A DNA stretch of 42,167 bases from an uncultured Acetatifactor sp. (GTDB lineage Bacteria; Bacillota; Clostridia; Lachnospirales; Lachnospiraceae): contig CAZVWN010000001.1 in the NCBI GenBank assembly GCA_964631065.1, forward strand, positions 1-42,167, in the 5' to 3' direction. The position numbers were made by a program, and so were the translations under genes. Under the pieces are notes generated by a model. That model did not search any database. It was not told the origin of the DNA and worked only from the letters and a program-made list of their open reading frames with translations. This document shows positions 38,164-42,167 of the stretch, in pieces. How positions within the stretch are numbered: the stretch's first letter is position 1; every line of letters begins with the position of its first letter.

Positions 38164-39237
38164 ATGAAAGATGCTCTTGTTGATCTGGTCAATATCTCAA
38201 AATCCTATGACGGACAGCTGATCCTGGATGAGCTGAATCTCTATATCCGCCAGAATGAGTTTCTGACCCTGTTAGGTCCCAGCGGCTGCGGAAAGACTAC
38301 GACGCTCCGCATTCTCGGCGGCTTTGAAAAGCCCGACAAAGGACAGGTGATCTTTGAGGGAAGGGATATCACGAATCTTCCCCCGAATAAGCGCAACTTA
38401 AATACCGTCTTCCAGAAGTATGCCCTTTTTACCCATATGGATGTCGCGGAAAACATTGCCTTCGGCTTAAAGATTGCCGGGAAGAGCAAAGCTTACATAA
38501 ATGATAAAATTAAATATGCCTTAAAGCTGGTAAATCTCGACGGCTACGAGCACCGTATGCCCGACTCCTTGAGCGGCGGCCAGCAGCAGCGTATCGCGAT
38601 CGCGCGCGCCATCGTAAACGAGCCGAAGCTTCTTCTGCTCGACGAGCCGCTCGGCGCACTCGACTTAAAGCTGCGTCAGGACATGCAGTATGAGCTGATC
38701 CGCCTGAAAAACGAGCTGGGGATCACCTTTATTTACGTTACCCACGATCAGGAGGAGGCGCTCACCATGTCGGATACGATCGTCGTCATGAACCAGGGCT
38801 ATATCCAGCAGATCGGCTCCCCCGAAAAGATCTACAATGAGCCGGAAAACGCCTTCGTCGCCGACTTTATCGGCGACAGCAACATCCTCGGGGCGACCAT
38901 GCTGCAGGACAGGCTCGTCGAGATCCTCGGCGCGCGCTTCGCCTGTGTGGACGAGGGCTTCGGTACCAACAGACCGGTTGATGCCGTGATCCGTCCGGAG
39001 GATGTCGAGCTGACGGAGCCCGGCGGGGGCACCCTTGACGGCGTTGTGACAAACATCATCTTCAAGGGCGTACACTACGAGATGGAGGTTATGGCGAACG
39101 GCTATGAATGGCTTGTTCACTCGACAAAGATGTACCCCGTCGGAACGGCTGTCGGCGTCCGGGTCGATCCCTATAATATCCAGATCATGAACAAGCCGGA
39201 GTCTGAGGATGAGGAGGCGGTAGGTGTCAATGAATAA
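38164..39237 (+). CDS. potA: Spermidine/putrescine ABC transporter ATP-binding protein
   Basis: GPSGCGKTT; [19 protein letters not shown]; LSGGQQQR; [13 protein letters not shown]; C-terminal TOBE. ATG 38164 matches the usual N-terminus; an in-frame GTG at 38086 is an alternative start. Confidence 0.93.
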   Translation: MKDALVDLVNISKSYDGQLILDELNLYIRQNEFLTLLGPSGCGKTTTLRILGGFEKPDKGQVIFEGRDITNLPPNKRNLNTVFQKYALFTHMDVAENIAFGLKIAGKSKAYINDKIKYALKLVNLDGYEHRMPDSLSGGQQQRIAIARAIVNEPKLLLLDEPLGALDLKLRQDMQYELIRLKNELGITFIYVTHDQEEALTMSDTIVVMNQGYIQQIGSPEKIYNEPENAFVADFIGDSNILGATMLQDRLVEILGARFACVDEGFGTNRPVDAVIRPEDVELTEPGGGTLDGVVTNIIFKGVHYEMEVMANGYEWLVHSTKMYPVGTAVGVRVDPYNIQIMNKPESEDEEAVGVNE

Positions 39238-40042
39238 AAAACTGCTGTCGCTTCCGTTTCTCTTCTGGTCGGCACTGTTCATCATCGTGCCGCTCTGCAT
39301 GGTCTTTTATTACGGACTGACCGACAAAAACGGAGCCTTTACCTTAAGTAATATCGCAGCGATCGCAACGCCGGAGCATTCCAAGGCGCTCCGGGAGGCG
39401 ATCCGGCTGTCCATCGTGAGCACACTGATCTGTTTCCTGCTTGCCTATCCGCTTGCCATGATCTTAAGCCGGACAAGCTCCAACAGTCATTCCTTTATCG
39501 TGCTCATCTTCATCCTGCCGATGTGGATGAATTTCCTGCTCCGCACGCTTGCGTGGCAGACCCTGCTGGAAAAAACGGGCGTGATCAACAGTCTGTTAAA
39601 GCTGCTGCATCTGCCGACCTTAAATATCATCAATACGCCGGCGGCGATCGTGCTGGGCATGGTTTACAATTTCCTGCCGTTTATGGTGCTGCCGATCTAC
39701 AATGTGCTGGTAAAAATTGACGTCAATATGATAAATGCCGCGAGGGATCTCGGTGCGAACAGTGTGCAGACCTTTTTTAAGATCATCTTCCCGTTAAGCA
39801 TTCCCGGCGTGATCAGCGGCATCACCATGGTCTTTGTTCCCGCGCTGACAACCTTCGTCATCTCGAAGATCCTCGGCGGCAGCAAGATCCTGTTAATCGG
39901 CAACGTCATTGAGCAGGAATTTACCCAGACGGGCAACTGGCATCTGGGAAGCGGACTCTCTATCGTGCTGATGCTGTTCATTATCTTTAATATGGTGATC
40001 AGTGTCGTTACCGATAAGGACGGGGAGGCGAATGCCATATGA
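39224..40042 (+). CDS. potB: Spermidine/putrescine ABC permease
   Basis: GTG start after GGAGG; [14 protein letters not shown]; [12 protein letters not shown]; AARDLGA. Confidence 0.93.
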   Translation: MSMNKKLLSLPFLFWSALFIIVPLCMVFYYGLTDKNGAFTLSNIAAIATPEHSKALREAIRLSIVSTLICFLLAYPLAMILSRTSSNSHSFIVLIFILPMWMNFLLRTLAWQTLLEKTGVINSLLKLLHLPTLNIINTPAAIVLGMVYNFLPFMVLPIYNVLVKIDVNMINAARDLGANSVQTFFKIIFPLSIPGVISGITMVFVPALTTFVISKILGGSKILLIGNVIEQEFTQTGNWHLGSGLSIVLMLFIIFNMVISVVTDKDGEANAI

Positions 40043-40809
40043 AAAACGCATTGAAAAACATTTATATCGGACTCATTTTTATCTTCCTCTATGCCCCGAT
40101 CGTCACGCTGATCGTCCTTTCCTTCAACGCGAGCAAGACGAGGGCAAAATGGGGCGGCTTTACCTTAAAATGGTATCAGAGCCTTTTTGAAAATGAGGTG
40201 ATTTTACAGGCGCTCTGGAATACGCTCGCCATCGCGCTGCTCTCCGCGGTCATCTCCACGCTTATCGGGACGATCGCCTGTATCGCCATGCAGTCCATGA
40301 ACCGTAAGTTCCGCGCCATCAGCCTTGGGATCGCAAACATTCCGATGCTGAACGCCGAGATCGTGACCGGCATCTCCCTGATGCTGCTCTTTATCAGTCT
40401 CGGGATCAAATTCGGCTTCCTCACGATCCTGCTGGCGCACATCACCTTTAACATCCCTTACGTCATCCTAAGCGTCATGCCCAGGATGAAGCAGCTGAAT
40501 CCCCATACCTACGAGGCGGCAATGGATCTCGGGGCTTCCCGGCTGCGCGCATTTTTTAAGGTGGTCTTCCCGGATCTGCTCCCCGGCATCCTTTCCGGCT
40601 TTCTGATGGCGTTTACGATGTCGCTGGATGATTTTATCATCACGCACTTTACAAAGGGACCCGGAATCGACACCCTCTCCACCAAGATCTACACGGAGGT
40701 CAAAAAAGGAATCAAGCCGGAGATGTACGCACTCTCCGCCATCATCTTTGTCTCGGTGCTGATTCTTCTGCTGCTGGTAAATTATCATCCGAAGCAGAAT
40801 AAAAAATAA
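40039..40809 (+). CDS. potC: Spermidine/putrescine ABC permease
   Basis: FLYAPI..SFN; FTLKWY; EAAMDLGA; FTMSLDDF; ATGA overlap with potB. Confidence 0.93.
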   Translation: MKNALKNIYIGLIFIFLYAPIVTLIVLSFNASKTRAKWGGFTLKWYQSLFENEVILQALWNTLAIALLSAVISTLIGTIACIAMQSMNRKFRAISLGIANIPMLNAEIVTGISLMLLFISLGIKFGFLTILLAHITFNIPYVILSVMPRMKQLNPHTYEAAMDLGASRLRAFFKVVFPDLLPGILSGFLMAFTMSLDDFIITHFTKGPGIDTLSTKIYTEVKKGIKPEMYALSAIIFVSVLILLLLVNYHPKQNKK

Positions 40810-40833
40810 ATCAGAATTTGAGGAGGAAACATT

Positions 40834-41892
40834 ATGAAAAAAGTAACTGCACTGCTGCTCTGCGGCGCTCTTACCGTCGGCTGCCTTAGCGGCTGCGGCA
40901 AGGAAAGCGGCGGGGAAAACGGCGTAGTCTATGTCTACAACTGGGGCGAGTACATAGATTCCGCGACGATTGAGATGTTTGAGGAGGAGACCGGAATTAA
41001 GGTCGTCTATGATGAGTTCGAGACGAACGAGGCGATGTATCCGAAGGTCGAGGCAGGCTCTTCCGCTTATGACGTCATCTGCCCTTCCGATTACATGATC
41101 GACAAGATGATCCAAAACGACCTCTTACAGGAGCTGAACTTTGACAACATGCCGAACGCGAAGGCAAACATCGGCGAACAGTACTATGAACAGTGCCGGG
41201 AATTTGATCCGGAAAACAGCTACTGTGTACCCTACTGCTGGGGAACCGTCGGCATCCTCTACAATACGACCATGGTGGACGAGCCGGTAACGAGCTGGTC
41301 GATCCTTTGGGATGAAAAGTATGCAGACAACATCCTGATGCAGGATTCCGTCCGTGATCTGCTCATGGTCGGCCTGAAGCTAAAGGGGTATTCCATGAAT
41401 ACCTTAGACGAGGCGGAGCTTGCAGAGGCGAAGGAAGCCCTGATCGCGCAGAAGCCGCTTGTACAGGCGTATGTTGTCGATCAGGTCCGCGATAAGATGA
41501 TCGGCGGTGAGGCGGCGATCGGCGTCATCTATTCCGGCGAAGCGATCTATACGAAGCGTGAAAATCCCGACCTCGAATATGTCGTTCCCGAGGAAGGCTC
41601 CAACGTCTGGATCGACGGCTGGGTCATCCCGAAGAACGCTCCCAATAAGGAAAACGCGGAAAAGTTCATCGACTTTATGTGCCGCGGCGATATCGCGCTG
41701 ATGAACTTTGAGTATATTACCTATTCCACGCCGAACACGGTCGCACAGGAACAGATTGCGGACGAGGACATCCGCAATTCCAAGGTTGCTTTCCCGGATC
41801 TCTCCCAGTACAGTCTGGAAACCTTCCACTATCTCGGCGAGGACGGCGACGAGCTTTACAACAACGTCTGGAAAGAGATTATGTCAAACTAA
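40834..41892 (+). CDS. potD: Spermidine/putrescine-binding lipoprotein
   Basis: Lipobox LSGC; YNWGEYID; FETNEAM; PSDYM; PYCWGTVGI; PEEGSNVWID. Confidence 0.93.
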   Translation: MKKVTALLLCGALTVGCLSGCGKESGGENGVVYVYNWGEYIDSATIEMFEEETGIKVVYDEFETNEAMYPKVEAGSSAYDVICPSDYMIDKMIQNDLLQELNFDNMPNAKANIGEQYYEQCREFDPENSYCVPYCWGTVGILYNTTMVDEPVTSWSILWDEKYADNILMQDSVRDLLMVGLKLKGYSMNTLDEAELAEAKEALIAQKPLVQAYVVDQVRDKMIGGEAAIGVIYSGEAIYTKRENPDLEYVVPEEGSNVWIDGWVIPKNAPNKENAEKFIDFMCRGDIALMNFEYITYSTPNTVAQEQIADEDIRNSKVAFPDLSQYSLETFHYLGEDGDELYNNVWKEIMSN

Positions 41893-41924
41893 ACAGACCC
41901 TTATAAAAACAGGATGATTCCGAC

Positions 41925-41969
41925 AAAAAAAGACGGATGAGGCAGCCGCTTCATCCGTCTTTTCTTTTT
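41925..41969. terminator. Bidirectional terminator after potD
   Basis: AAAAGACGGATGAGGC-AGCC-GCTTCATCCGTCTTTT. Confidence 0.88.
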
Positions 41970-41981
41970 CCAAAGCTGTTT

Positions 41982-42167
41982 TTAATTTCTCCCGCAGTCA
42001 CAGTCGCCGTCGCGTCTCGGCATCGGCGGATACTCCTGCCAGGGCGGAGGAACCATGCCGTCGCACGCCGCCTGTTCCCGCTCTCCGGCATTCCTTGCAT
42101 CCCGGATTGCCTCTCTTACATCCTCTCTCGCTTCCCTTGCCGCTTCTCTCGCGCACGCGCATTCCCG
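41982..42167 (-). CDS. 3' end of a hypothetical low-complexity Arg/Glu/Ala- and Cys-rich protein (5' end beyond the window edge)
   Basis: Open frame from the edge to TAA 41982-41984: RECACAREAAREAREDVREAIRDARNAGEREQAACDGMVPPPWQEYPPMPRRDGDCDCGRN; ends just before the bidirectional terminator. Confidence 0.6.
   Translation of the reverse strand, partial: RECACAREAAREAREDVREAIRDARNAGEREQAACDGMVPPPWQEYPPMPRRDGDCDCGRN

Overview
A chromosomal segment, probably from a Lachnospiraceae-like gut Clostridium (inferred from gene content and gene order). No IS, phage, integrase or CRISPR array is visible. The left 12 kb (minus strand) is a beta-mannan/galactomannan utilisation locus: GH36 alpha-galactosidase, LacI regulator, CE17-like SGNH esterase lipoprotein, CBM35-GH26 mannanase lipoprotein, YesL-like membrane protein, a giant 998-aa solute-binding protein, and two sugar ABC permeases, the second cut by the window edge. 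The rest is mostly housekeeping: argH-asd-GGDEF/EAL-topB-LbH acyltransferase, a YtlCD-like ABC pair, tRNA-Thr(CGT), a GlgB-like gene, serC-serA, leuB-ilvD-ilvB-L,D-transpeptidase, M15B carboxypeptidase-tgt-yajC, aroC, a lactonase and potABCD. Most notable: (1) an intact full-length GlgB paralog in which all three GH13 catalytic residues are substituted (candidate pseudoenzyme); (2) the giant tandem-CBM/coiled-coil/SBP import module with surface-anchored mannanase and esterase; (3) a ~136-bp nested rod-like palindrome inside the mannan locus; (4) an AT-rich, non-CG-centred operator palindrome paired with a LacI protein lacking the hinge motif; (5) a structured potA leader with mutually exclusive pairings. 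Family assignments come from motif recognition, not database searches.
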